From positions 1 to 48,743 of IMG/VR virus record IMGVR_UViG_3300049187_000106: a DNA stretch of 48,743 nt. One strand, given 5' to 3'. The stretch is from a virus. Lineage: Duplodnaviria; Caudoviricetes. The notes beneath the pieces were generated by a model. It worked only from the letters and a program-made list of their open reading frames with translations. It was not told where the DNA came from and searched no databases. Shown here piece by piece: positions 26,670-36,073 of this stretch (position 1 is its first letter; each line of letters begins with the position of its first letter). The position numbers and the translations under genes are program-made.

Positions 26670-27116
26670 TTAACTATTATCGTAAGCGGTCAACTCTGTA
26701 CCACCAACCAGTTTGATACCTACAGTATCCGAACCGATGCGGTCACGTATGGTTTTGCTCGAAACAACTGTCGCAAGCGTATCGCCTTCATTGGTAAGTA
26801 CAATCATATCTTCAGGGATATCACCGGAAACCACCAGGGTAAGCGTGATCGTTTCACCTGCTTCTATAATGGTTTCGCAAATGAGTACACCTAATGGAAA
26901 CTGACTACCATCCGAAGCATTAGAAGCAAGGGCTTTCCCTTTGTTGGTAGCGGCAATTCGACCGAATACCGTTCCCTCTGCGTAGGTGATATCATCGTAT
27001 GTAGAGTTTGTCACATCTACAGTGATGGTGCGAGGATTCCATACAGTAAGTTTTTTCGTACTGTAGTTGGTATTCCTTTGGTTGTTTGTGTTCAGCGTTG
27101 TTTCGTTAGAGCTCAT
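26670..27116 (-). CDS. Head decoration protein (lambda gpD-like)
   Basis: GTV.GRI....ASDGSQ.P.GVL motif. Confidence 0.82.
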   Translation of the reverse strand: MSSNETTLNTNNQRNTNYSTKKLTVWNPRTITVDVTNSTYDDITYAEGTVFGRIAATNKGKALASNASDGSQFPLGVLICETIIEAGETITLTLVVSGDIPEDMIVLTNEGDTLATVVSSKTIRDRIGSDTVGIKLVGGTELTAYDNS

Positions 27117-27122
27117 AACTTA

Positions 27123-28076
27123 TTAGAATACAAAGTTTGTTTTCAAAATTTTCTTAGAGTCTTCCACGAATTTTTTATTCGCATCCTCTTTTTCAGTTTC
27201 GGTTTTTTCAACCTCAGTAGTCGTTACCGTTTGAGCGGAAGACGTCGCCAGCTGTTTGAGTTTTTCCGGGGAATTCATTTTCACAGTCATCTCAGAGATG
27301 TCTGTCATAGAAATTTCCTTACCTTCTTTAATTGCTTTGATAACCCCTTCAGGGTCTACCGCTGCGAAGGCCTGCCATGCAGTTACACGGTCACGTTCTT
27401 TTTTCTGCCCTTCGGACGCACCTTGTGCCAGGATCTGTTCGTACAATGCAGGATACTTGGCTTTGATTTCTTCAAGTGTCATAGTTTTATTTTGGTCTTG
27501 ATCTTGTTGCTTATTACTTTCTGCCATCGCGGCAATCTCAAAAAGAGATTCATTAAACTTTGAAGCTTCCTTCGGATCCAGAGGAATGATCTTATCAACC
27601 AGTCCCATCGTCCGAACCTGTTCGGCTGTAAGGAAAATATCTATCTGTTTGTTGGAAGCGAATACCTCATCATAAGTGTATCCTGTAGCTTCCTTGAACT
27701 TTTCAGAAGAAACTTTTTTCTCGAATTTTGCGCGGAGATCTGCGTTGATTTTATCAAGAAAATCCTGATCCTGTTGAGATGATACCGGTGCATTGCCACG
27801 GTGAAACATAAATCTTGATACATCATTAGCGATTACCTCATCAGCATAAGGAAGAAGATCCATCGCCATAGAAAATGCGGCACCGTCTACCTTTATTGTA
27901 ATCTTGCCTTTGTGTTCAATCATCTTTGCGATCAAGTTCCATCCAGCAATCACGCTCCCTCCAGGAGAACTCACCCGAAGGATTATATCTTCATTCTTAT
28001 ACTCCTCCATCTTTACCATTGTCTGCTCGACAACGTATGGGTAAATAGCAGTATGCAGATAAATCTCTTTTGGCAT
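27123..28076 (-). CDS. ClpP-like head maturation protease with scaffold C-terminus
   Basis: SSPGGSV, DGAAFSMA, FMFH, G(L)VD; C-terminal KAKYPALY...ERDRV. Confidence 0.9.
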   Translation of the reverse strand: MPKEIYLHTAIYPYVVEQTMVKMEEYKNEDIILRVSSPGGSVIAGWNLIAKMIEHKGKITIKVDGAAFSMAMDLLPYADEVIANDVSRFMFHRGNAPVSSQQDQDFLDKINADLRAKFEKKVSSEKFKEATGYTYDEVFASNKQIDIFLTAEQVRTMGLVDKIIPLDPKEASKFNESLFEIAAMAESNKQQDQDQNKTMTLEEIKAKYPALYEQILAQGASEGQKKERDRVTAWQAFAAVDPEGVIKAIKEGKEISMTDISEMTVKMNSPEKLKQLATSSAQTVTTTEVEKTETEKEDANKKFVEDSKKILKTNFVF

Positions 28077-28106
28077 GGTTCAAAAATCTTTAAGATTATG
28101 ACTAAC

Positions 28107-28140
28107 TAAAAAAAGAGTCCCAAACTTTGGGACTATAATC
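28107..28140. promoter_or_regulatory. 19-bp palindromic operator AGTCCCAAACTTTGGGACT (28116-28134)
   Basis: Perfect 9-1-9 palindrome; it and the flanking A-tract and ATAATC recur at 42200-42233. Confidence 0.85.
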
Positions 28141-28172
28141 ATTGTTGTGTAGTCATAAATCATCTAAAAAAA

Positions 28173-28358
28173 ATGACGGACTATAAAAAATATAAGAATG
28201 AGTTCCGGATACGAACAATGCCGGAGAAACTCAAAGAAGATATTAACAATATTGCCGCCAATAAAGGAGTCACCACGAATGGGTATGTGAAGGAGATTCT
28301 AAAAAAAGCGGTTGACGAAACGCCTGAACATTTTAAAAAACCACCTTCTAAACATTAG
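28173..28358 (+). CDS. Ribbon-helix-helix (Arc-like) DNA-binding protein
   Basis: FRIR beta strand, PEKLKEDINNIA helix, G, TTNGYVKEIL helix. Confidence 0.75.
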   Translation: MTDYKKYKNEFRIRTMPEKLKEDINNIAANKGVTTNGYVKEILKKAVDETPEHFKKPPSKH

Positions 28359-29991
28359 AAGGTGGTGGTACAACAGTTACTATTCCTAGTTGTTTGGCTG
28401 ATTTCAATTCTGCAGCCAAACGTTTCATATTTGTTTCTGAATTTCCGCCGCCAAGATTTTCGGTAGCCTGATCCAACGAAGTAAGAGGAAGGTCTTTCGC
28501 CGCATCTCCTAACTTCACACGCTCTGCGTTCGCTTCTTTCTCCGGATCGATATGTGGTACATTATCCCCAATGAACCTGGTATTACGATAAGCAGATACT
28601 AGGATGACATTATTCTGCTCGCGCGCGCGCAGGTATCCAGGTGCCTGTATTTTATTACGAAGCACTTCGATTTCCAGCCATAGGTTATACAAATTAAAAT
28701 AAAACTGACGGGAGAACTTCTCACGATTTACAACCAATGAGTGCTCCCAATCTTTCATAGCTGCTCGACTGGCTGAGAAGTTGCTATCATATTTTGACAT
28801 CGCAACATTGGGAGGAATTCCCAACGCAGCGCAGACAAGATCAATATTAACAGTAAAGAAATCTTTAAAGTATAATTCATTCTTACTGTCCAGGACAGTA
28901 AGCTTTGCATCAATAGGAAGATTCCAAACCTGTTTATTTGTGCTAAGGGCAATTGTGCGGGCCAGCGCTTCACCGTCATCAGTAGATGCAAGATCATCAT
29001 CGTCATCACCTCCATCTCTAAATGAGTACGCTAATCGTTTTAAGTTTGGATCCTCACCATCAGAATTCCTACCATGTTCAATTGCCATCGCAACCTTCTG
29101 ACGTTCCTCAGCACTACCAATAGTAGCCTCATCGTAACGCTCCATTTTCTTAAGCTTCTCCATGACCACAGTGATCAATGGGATTCCGCGATAATTATCC
29201 AGGCGATACTTTAATCCATAATGCAAGTAAGCCATTACAAGACCGGTCTCTGATTTGGCCTTCACTCTTTCGAATTGATATAGGCGTGAGCAGATATAAT
29301 ACGCAACATGCTCTCCTGTAGGAGATAATTCTATTCCGTTGATGATCCTGTTCCCAGCTTCTATTGCTGCCTTGTAACTAGCGTCCAATACAGGAGGATT
29401 CTTCACATGAGATCCGTCAATCATTTGAATAGTCGGAATTCCCATTGATTCATCATATCTCTTGATGACCAAAACATCACCTCCCAGGATTGCATTTAAC
29501 TCTACGGTTTCTGCAATCTCATCCACATTCATCTGTTTACTGTAGTGAGCTTCCTTCGCTTTACAATAAGCGCTAAAACGCGCCTCCACCAGATCGGTGA
29601 ACATCTGATCCTTTAGACTGATACCCTCTGATTCAAGCACAAGAGTATTCGGACAAGCCTGTAAACGAAGTCCAGTCCCGATAATCCATGAAACGTATTT
29701 ATTAATTACAGTCTGAGCAATCTCTGATTCAATATATGCCTGCCAGCTACGAAGTCGCAGCTGATCATAGTTCATATCATATTTCCGGATAGGTCCAATT
29801 TCCCCGATATTTTTTTCACCATTGAAATTACTGTTCAATACACGGTACTCTCCCCCTCCGGAATAAAATTTATTTACTACTGTTTTCTGTTTTACCGGTG
29901 GAAGCTCTGCCTCCATGGTTAATAAGCGAGTCATGGAATGGAAGTCCATTTTCTGCTTAACCTCCGGTTTGGTTTTGAATAAATTTAGCAT
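28348..29991 (-). CDS. Portal protein, lambda family
   Basis: IGTGLRLQ, GD(V)L, I.NGIE...G...AYY, RG.P, NFSASRAA, IDP.KEA.A. Confidence 0.93.
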   Translation of the reverse strand: MLNLFKTKPEVKQKMDFHSMTRLLTMEAELPPVKQKTVVNKFYSGGGEYRVLNSNFNGEKNIGEIGPIRKYDMNYDQLRLRSWQAYIESEIAQTVINKYVSWIIGTGLRLQACPNTLVLESEGISLKDQMFTDLVEARFSAYCKAKEAHYSKQMNVDEIAETVELNAILGGDVLVIKRYDESMGIPTIQMIDGSHVKNPPVLDASYKAAIEAGNRIINGIELSPTGEHVAYYICSRLYQFERVKAKSETGLVMAYLHYGLKYRLDNYRGIPLITVVMEKLKKMERYDEATIGSAEERQKVAMAIEHGRNSDGEDPNLKRLAYSFRDGGDDDDDLASTDDGEALARTIALSTNKQVWNLPIDAKLTVLDSKNELYFKDFFTVNIDLVCAALGIPPNVAMSKYDSNFSASRAAMKDWEHSLVVNREKFSRQFYFNLYNLWLEIEVLRNKIQAPGYLRAREQNNVILVSAYRNTRFIGDNVPHIDPEKEANAERVKLGDAAKDLPLTSLDQATENLGGGNSETNMKRLAAELKSAKQLGIVTVVPPPSNV

Positions 29992-30302
29992 CCTCTGTTA
30001 AGATTTTTACTGTCAATTAACCGGTGAATTCTTCCGGTCTTCTGTGAATTCAATTTATTCTGCATCATATCGCGTATTTTTTCATACTCTCCGATTGCTG
30101 CGCGGATAGTAGCTGAATCTTTGTAGACATTTCGGATCTTTACCTGACCATCATCATATGAATATTCAGAAATATCTTCGCCGGCCGCTATCTTCAAAGC
30201 AGTATCATAAAGCGTATCAATAATCTGATCAAGCCTGACCAGCTTTGTTTCCCTGTCGTTGGTATCTTTTAAATACCTACTTATCGATGCGTAGTATGCC
30301 AT
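29985..30302 (-). CDS. Putative head-tail adaptor (gpW-like)
   Basis: Directly upstream of the portal; helix-hairpin(EYSYDDGQ)-helix layout. Confidence 0.6.
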   Translation of the reverse strand: MAYYASISRYLKDTNDRETKLVRLDQIIDTLYDTALKIAAGEDISEYSYDDGQVKIRNVYKDSATIRAAIGEYEKIRDMMQNKLNSQKTGRIHRLIDSKNLNRGC

Positions 30303-30303
30303 A

Positions 30304-30801
30304 TTAAGTAGTTTTTAATTCGTCAATTTTTGCAGCGGAAATATCAATTGTTAATGTACCAGGTGTATAAGAGCCTCCGCCTGCTGCTATCCCTGTGGCA
30401 ATTAATCCTAGTTCAACGGCGATCTTATCTTTAAAAGCCTGTAAAGCTTCATCCATTTTTGAATGACGGGAAAGATTATCAGCCTCTCCACCAAAATGAA
30501 TTTTGCCATCATTTTTTAAATGAACATAAATTTTTAACGCACCATTCGCGTCGGTGGAAAACAATCTGGTTTCACCAACCTCCGCAATTTTGTCTTTTAA
30601 GATATATCCTATAATTACCGCATCTCCATTACCTGTCGTCTGTCCATACACTGCAACCATATCTTTTACTGGATTAGAATCTATTCCAAATGGAGATACT
30701 TCCAATGGTTCCTGTGTATCTACGGTACCGAAACGGGTGATCTTAATCAGCCGTCTTTTTATGTCGTCAAACCTTGTCGATATAACTTTTGTAATCTGCA
30801 T
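30304..30801 (-). CDS. Baseplate spike/assembly protein (Mu gp45-like)
   Basis: PFGIDSNP, GE.RL.S pattern; follows the hub gene. Confidence 0.7.
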   Translation of the reverse strand: MQITKVISTRFDDIKRRLIKITRFGTVDTQEPLEVSPFGIDSNPVKDMVAVYGQTTGNGDAVIIGYILKDKIAEVGETRLFSTDANGALKIYVHLKNDGKIHFGGEADNLSRHSKMDEALQAFKDKIAVELGLIATGIAAGGGSYTPGTLTIDISAAKIDELKTT

Positions 30802-31871
30802 TATAGTCTCGGGAAGTTTTGATGTGGATCTACAAATACATTTTTCGGTTCCTTACCGTTATATACTTCCGGAAGAACACAGTGAAGAGTAGCTGTCGTA
30901 CTTATATTATCCCCTTTATAATCTATCTGTTCAATAAATAGGTCAGTAGATTTATAAAGAAAAATTCTCGGACACTTTACTTTTAACATACTATTAGGAA
31001 GAACTAGCTTTCCATCGATCTCCCAGGAATCCATTGTGATCGTAAATTTTATATTCTTCAATTCGTTTGCCAGCGCTCTAACAGCAACATCTTTGGTATC
31101 ATTATCGTCTCCGGAACTTTGAATAATAACGGTTGGCCGGTACACAATTGGGACGTAAGGATTCCTTATAGTATACTGACCGGTATTTCCACCTTTAGAA
31201 TCAGCTTGTTTCATTACAGTAATATGTGAGTGCAACTGCTGCCCGTCGAAATTCAATGCCAGATCTGTAAACACCTGCATACCGGTTTCATAACTTATTA
31301 TAGGAGGTCGGTCAGTTTTTGCCTCGGTAAATATTACCTGTCCTGTCGCATCATGAGTAATAACAATATTCCTTTGCGCGGCCAGTTCTTTCAAATAATC
31401 CTTAATGGTTTGTGATTCTTTCGCAGTTGTCTTTTCGTAAACTTTATTCATACGAGAAGCGACAGCCGGATCAATCACATATTTTAGTTTGAACGGTGTA
31501 ATTAATTTGTCCGCGATCTGGGCCAGCGTGAGTCCATCGGATTGAAGTGGATACAACTCCGGCGGAATACTGCAATCCTCTAATACTCCCGGTAACGAAT
31601 AGCCATTAAAACCAACAAGTTCATCTACAGATGAACTTTTAAGTGCTTCGTTTAATATATAACCTGTAAGTAATTTTTGTCCATTATGTTCAACGATCGC
31701 CTCATGATAATGGCTTACACAAGCCAGTTCACGATGATCGGGGTTAGTTGGATCAAAGAAAAAATTAAAGCCAAACGAACTGGCTACACTATCATAGCGT
31801 AGCGACAAGCTGAAATTATTGAAGAACTCAATATTCCTTACTTTGATCCTATCGTTTATCTTTACGTTCAT
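30801..31871 (-). CDS. Baseplate hub protein (Mu gp44/gpP-like)
   Basis: 356 aa; LLTGYI, G.L.DCS, TL..IA..L..PF. Confidence 0.8.
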   Translation of the reverse strand: MNVKINDRIKVRNIEFFNNFSLSLRYDSVASSFGFNFFFDPTNPDHRELACVSHYHEAIVEHNGQKLLTGYILNEALKSSSVDELVGFNGYSLPGVLEDCSIPPELYPLQSDGLTLAQIADKLITPFKLKYVIDPAVASRMNKVYEKTTAKESQTIKDYLKELAAQRNIVITHDATGQVIFTEAKTDRPPIISYETGMQVFTDLALNFDGQQLHSHITVMKQADSKGGNTGQYTIRNPYVPIVYRPTVIIQSSGDDNDTKDVAVRALANELKNIKFTITMDSWEIDGKLVLPNSMLKVKCPRIFLYKSTDLFIEQIDYKGDNISTTATLHCVLPEVYNGKEPKNVFVDPHQNFPRL

Positions 31872-31872
31872 C

Positions 31873-33093
31873 TTATCTGTAATACACTATTTTTCTCCCT
31901 TTTCTGATCTCAATTATTTCAGAAATTCCCATCGAATTATTCTTTCTCAACTCCGTAATGTTATTATCAGAAGGATCCAAACCATACAGTCTATGGGTTA
32001 GATTTATAATATCAGTATCATCCTCTAAAATCAGAGTTCTTTCCTGGCGTGATTGTGAAGCAGTAATAAAAAGTGACGTCACTATATTGTTTACTATATT
32101 GCTCAGTGCAATTAGATTACTTGCGTTAGGAATATAGCTATCCGGAGATCCACCGTTCGGCGATTGTAATTCATCAAGATCAGCCAGGTAGTTGTTATAG
32201 TTATCGGTGATCTGACCGATAATTGCCAGAACATCACTTTTATTCTGGTAATCCCCTTCATTGGGATTTATGGCAGCCAATGCCTGTGCGGATATTATTG
32301 CGGTAGCATTAGATTCGTAGATTCTTTTTCCTGACCTGCCAGTAAGTTTCGCCACTCCGGAACGAAGAGAATTGAACTGACTGGAAAGACCGTTCATTCT
32401 GTTCTTAACTCCGTCTATAAATAAAGAGGGTGCATTGATTACATTTTGTAGAGCTCCGATAGCAGTAGACGCCAAGGAAGCTGCAGCATTGATCGCCGCC
32501 TGAGCCTTCTTTACTTTATTGATCGCATCATTCATCTGCTGAACTGTCGCCAATAACTTCTGAAGCATTTTAAAAAACTTACTATTGAAGCCTGTCATAT
32601 CCTCAATATCCTCAGGGGTTGGCTCCTCATCGAAGGCAGCCACGACAGCCTGATCAAGATTTTCCTTATCAAGAGCTATATTATCGGCAGGATTTACCGT
32701 CGTTTTTGGGTTGTCCTGGGTAAGCGTTTCAATCATTTCCCCGGTTACCCTTGTCACATTATACTGTGAGTTGTCGTAACTAATACTAACTGGTTGAACA
32801 ATCAAGGTACCGTACATAGGATGTTCCAATATCCATGCGGTCCGGTCCTCATTGGATTGATCGAACTGATCGGAAACTTCCAGGCAATCCTCTCCGGTAA
32901 AATAAAATTCAAAAGAATATTTTCTTCCCTTTGAGGTGGTACGACGTACCATGGTACCGTTAATTTCTGGATAATCGAAAAGCGCTACGTTATAATCGCG
33001 TACTTTCGTGGCATTTTTCCATAGCAATGTATACTTACGACCATCGCCGGTAGTAACAGTAAGAGGGGTCTGTATTTTTTCTATCCAACTCAT
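31873..33093 (-). CDS. Mu gpN-like DNA circularisation / tail-tube initiator protein
   Basis: MSW.E.., YP, L.HP.YG N-terminal domain; LysM-like end (L.HRLYG). Confidence 0.75.
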   Translation of the reverse strand: MSWIEKIQTPLTVTTGDGRKYTLLWKNATKVRDYNVALFDYPEINGTMVRRTTSKGRKYSFEFYFTGEDCLEVSDQFDQSNEDRTAWILEHPMYGTLIVQPVSISYDNSQYNVTRVTGEMIETLTQDNPKTTVNPADNIALDKENLDQAVVAAFDEEPTPEDIEDMTGFNSKFFKMLQKLLATVQQMNDAINKVKKAQAAINAAASLASTAIGALQNVINAPSLFIDGVKNRMNGLSSQFNSLRSGVAKLTGRSGKRIYESNATAIISAQALAAINPNEGDYQNKSDVLAIIGQITDNYNNYLADLDELQSPNGGSPDSYIPNASNLIALSNIVNNIVTSLFITASQSRQERTLILEDDTDIINLTHRLYGLDPSDNNITELRKNNSMGISEIIEIRKGRKIVYYR

Positions 33094-33821
33094 GCTGCGT
33101 ATTTCATAATTTGTTTTTCCGCCTCCTGAAAGAAGTAGTCTTGTATGTGTTCGGCGCTTAAATTCGCCGCCTTTTTCATGAACCCTGTCTGCTTTACCTT
33201 CACAGTACGACCTTCTTCAAAAGTGTAGAGAGGAGTCAATTTAAAACTCTTGCTTTCCCCCATCCTATCAAGAGAATTAACACGCCATACTATTTTTTTT
33301 CCTTTGAATTCAGACAATACAAATCCACCCTTACCAGCGAAAATGGCTGACTTGATAAATTTCTGACGTTCATTTACACCTCTGGCCTTCCTTGCATCCA
33401 CTAACTTTTGGATAGAAGAAAGTCGGTTCATTGGTCGTACAGCTCTTGAATTACTTGAGCTCGCGCGGGCGGGTGCAAGCGGGATGAAAGATTTTTTCTT
33501 AATTGATCCTCCATGTTCCTGCTGTTCGAGATCCTGAACGGCGTAATTATTACTTCCTTTTAACCCAGTATTAACCATGGCCACCTGGGAGGCCATATTA
33601 TTTACATTGAATCCCTTTGCCATGTCCACCCGGCTATTCGCTTTAAAGAAATTAGGATTTCTCTTTTCGAAAATGCTTCCGGAAGTCTGCATCAGAGTGT
33701 TCTTTTTCATGTCAAAAGCGACTTTATTAAGGGTAGTCCTGATTGCAATTGGCAAGGCTGACCGGTGGATTTGCTCCAATTTTTTAGTTACATCGGTATT
33801 TATATTAACGGTCAGGTGCAT
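33090..33821 (-). CDS. Putative neck/minor tail protein (lambda gpZ-like)
   Basis: Basic; A.P.A...TLN..AF N-terminus. Confidence 0.55.
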   Translation of the reverse strand: MHLTVNINTDVTKKLEQIHRSALPIAIRTTLNKVAFDMKKNTLMQTSGSIFEKRNPNFFKANSRVDMAKGFNVNNMASQVAMVNTGLKGSNNYAVQDLEQQEHGGSIKKKSFIPLAPARASSSNSRAVRPMNRLSSIQKLVDARKARGVNERQKFIKSAIFAGKGGFVLSEFKGKKIVWRVNSLDRMGESKSFKLTPLYTFEEGRTVKVKQTGFMKKAANLSAEHIQDYFFQEAEKQIMKYAA

Positions 33822-33862
33822 TTATGGAAAAGGTACACGACCGAGTGATTCAAGTCAAAAAA

Positions 33863-33886
33863 AGTCCCAAAGTATGACTAACTTTT
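33863..33886. promoter_or_regulatory. Variant operator AGTCCCAAAGTATGACT at a divergent junction
   Basis: Combines the AGTCCCAAA half-site with the TATGACTAACTTTT box of 3323-3341. Confidence 0.65.
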
Positions 33887-33977
33887 ATACGTATAAATAC
33901 CTATTATCCATCTGGTTGTTGTAAATTGGCAAGGAAATTGATTTATTTGCTATATAAAATTTAAACTCTACGCTAAC

Positions 33978-34385
33978 ATGAAAAAGTTAATTACAATTCT
34001 TGCGATCTCTCTGATCGTTTTTACTGGTTGCAAAAAAGATGATCCTGAACCGGAGGTAAAAGAAAAAATCGTCGAAAAGGAAGTAATCAAAACAGTTACA
34101 GTGACCGAAACGGATACTGTTTATTGTATGCTGAAAAGTGAAATAGTGCAAGGCAACTGGTACGTATACAAAAGAAACGAAGACCCTTTGAATTTTACGG
34201 CGTCATTTGGAACAACAAGCTATAGCTGGAATAGTGGAACAGTAAATAATATCACTTACGATTCAGATTACTCTACAGTATATAGAAACGGAAATTTACA
34301 ATTCACAGTGAAAATTTACGACTGCGAAGAAATTGTTTTAACTGACGACCTTGGAGATAAATTTTATATAAGACGAAACCCATAA
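33978..34385 (+). CDS. Surface lipoprotein (moron)
   Basis: Lipobox FTGC followed by KKDD, resembling the Bacteroidetes lipoprotein export signal; opposite strand to its neighbours. Confidence 0.82.
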   Translation: MKKLITILAISLIVFTGCKKDDPEPEVKEKIVEKEVIKTVTVTETDTVYCMLKSEIVQGNWYVYKRNEDPLNFTASFGTTSYSWNSGTVNNITYDSDYSTVYRNGNLQFTVKIYDCEEIVLTDDLGDKFYIRRNP

Positions 34386-34386
34386 C

Positions 34387-34415
34387 AAAGAGCCTTCTAA
34401 CTAGAAGGCTCTTTT
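34387..34415. terminator. Bidirectional terminator-like hairpin
   Basis: AAAGAGCCTTCTA-AC-TAGAAGGCTCTTT. Confidence 0.65.
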
Positions 34416-35366
34416 CATTGTTCCGTTTACTATAAAACTAACATTCGTTCCGTCAGAAACTATCGAGTCATCAACTGTTAATGTCAATCGACCATTTACA
34501 TCAACAGAAACGTCAGTTGAGTTTAACCCTTGTGTTATTTGATTCTCCACAAGAAGCGAAGGAGAACCACTAATATCATTTAACTTAAAGATACCAGCAA
34601 TGGGAAAATTATTAAATGAATCTGGATACAAGTCTAACCCTGATATTTTATTTAGCTTTATAGAAGTATTTACTGTCCCAGTTATTATAGTAATATTAAC
34701 TTGTAAAGAAAAGTGAATCATATCCCCACTCAAAAGTGTATTTATTCTGGCTGTTAATAAACTGCAATTGCTTACTGAAAAAGCTGTCATACCTGTATTT
34801 GTAGGCACTTCTTTTTTTAAATACTTAACAGAGTTATCATTATAATCAGCTAACCCGGAACCAGAATCCCCATAACTTATGGTGATTATTTGATCATCTT
34901 CATCGTCAATAATAAAGAAAAATTCCTGACCACCTGACTTCGTAATGCCTCCACCAGTAGAGGCAGGGACAAGATATAATGCACCATTATATAATATCGC
35001 ACCTTCTGTCCAGTTGGCAGTATTGTTACCACCACTCAATGTTATTTTAACCCCGAACAAAACAATCAAATCATCAGTAGTATAACTATCACCCATTAAT
35101 GATTGAACTAATACTGCAGCATTATATTTATTGTTCACTTTGAGCAATGCCTGGAACAATTGAAATCCACTATACTCACTTTCCGGAAGATCATTTGCGG
35201 TTAATCCACTGGCCGCAAAAAGTTTTGCGAAGAACTGGTGCATATCACCATACAACTCTTCGTTCACAGGAGTACCGCGTTCTGTGGCGTTTCTATCTTT
35301 TATCTTACCGAAAGGAAAATCACTATCCGGTTCTAAAACTCTTGTTTTATTTGCTAAGATTCTCAT
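34401..35366 (-). CDS. Tail fibre / baseplate-attached protein
   Basis: Follows the baseplate wedge genes; P.G...GTP.....D..QFF..L...G...N N-terminus. Confidence 0.7.
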   Translation of the reverse strand: MRILANKTRVLEPDSDFPFGKIKDRNATERGTPVNEELYGDMHQFFAKLFAASGLTANDLPESEYSGFQLFQALLKVNNKYNAAVLVQSLMGDSYTTDDLIVLFGVKITLSGGNNTANWTEGAILYNGALYLVPASTGGGITKSGGQEFFFIIDDEDDQIITISYGDSGSGLADYNDNSVKYLKKEVPTNTGMTAFSVSNCSLLTARINTLLSGDMIHFSLQVNITIITGTVNTSIKLNKISGLDLYPDSFNNFPIAGIFKLNDISGSPSLLVENQITQGLNSTDVSVDVNGRLTLTVDDSIVSDGTNVSFIVNGTMKRAF

Positions 35367-36073
35367 ACGTAGTCAATGAATAAAAACCCTACTGTCTGGG
35401 TTGGTTTTGTGAATAATATTAATTGTCTGAATTCTTTCTCTCTACTGGCAGGAATACTGGCGAATGATCCAATCGGATCTCCTCCAATAAAGAAAGTACT
35501 CCTTAAATTATTACCAGGACTAAAGCGACGATCGCCCTCCTGGGTGATGCTATTGGCTATTATATTATTATATCCGGCGCCATGGTCAAAGTCTCCATGA
35601 TCGAGTTCTCCATGATCGATAAAATCCAGTATATCCTCAGTATCGTATACATCTTCCGGAAGCATTGTATAATAACTTCCATTGCCGTAATCAAAACGGT
35701 TTTCGTAAACGTAAACATCAAATCCCGCAGCGCGTAATTGTCTTTCCAGCCATAAATAATGCTGACGCGCTGGTATGTTTCCAGGGAAAGACATCTTCCG
35801 AAGAATCGCCATTTTCCTATCTTCCAGATCTGTCGCAGAGTTGGTGATTATTCCTAATCTTCTCTCCCAATCAGTCGCGTCATCTGCGGAAAACTCTGTA
35901 TTATCAGGAAGGATACTATTCAGAAGTGCTTTATTATCATTAATCGCCTGTAATTCTGATTCTGCTAATGCCTTGTGAAGCCCTTCCAAAAAGCCATTCG
36001 GCGGCATACGAAAGGCTCTACCCTTTGGATATAGGCGTCTGGTAAGCGATAGTATTTGAGCGATCGTAGTCAT
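35363..36073 (-). CDS. Baseplate wedge protein (Mu gp48 / DUF2313-like)
   Basis: LYPKGRAF, DWERRLGI, L.DR...I. Confidence 0.8.
   Translation of the reverse strand: MTTIAQILSLTRRLYPKGRAFRMPPNGFLEGLHKALAESELQAINDNKALLNSILPDNTEFSADDATDWERRLGIITNSATDLEDRKMAILRKMSFPGNIPARQHYLWLERQLRAAGFDVYVYENRFDYGNGSYYTMLPEDVYDTEDILDFIDHGELDHGDFDHGAGYNNIIANSITQEGDRRFSPGNNLRSTFFIGGDPIGSFASIPASREKEFRQLILFTKPTQTVGFLFIDYV

Noticed and set aside
20170-35366. Diversity-generating retroelement or shufflon acting on the fibre genes
   Set aside because: No reverse transcriptase, no template/variable repeat pair and no inverted fibre-tip cassettes were seen in this window
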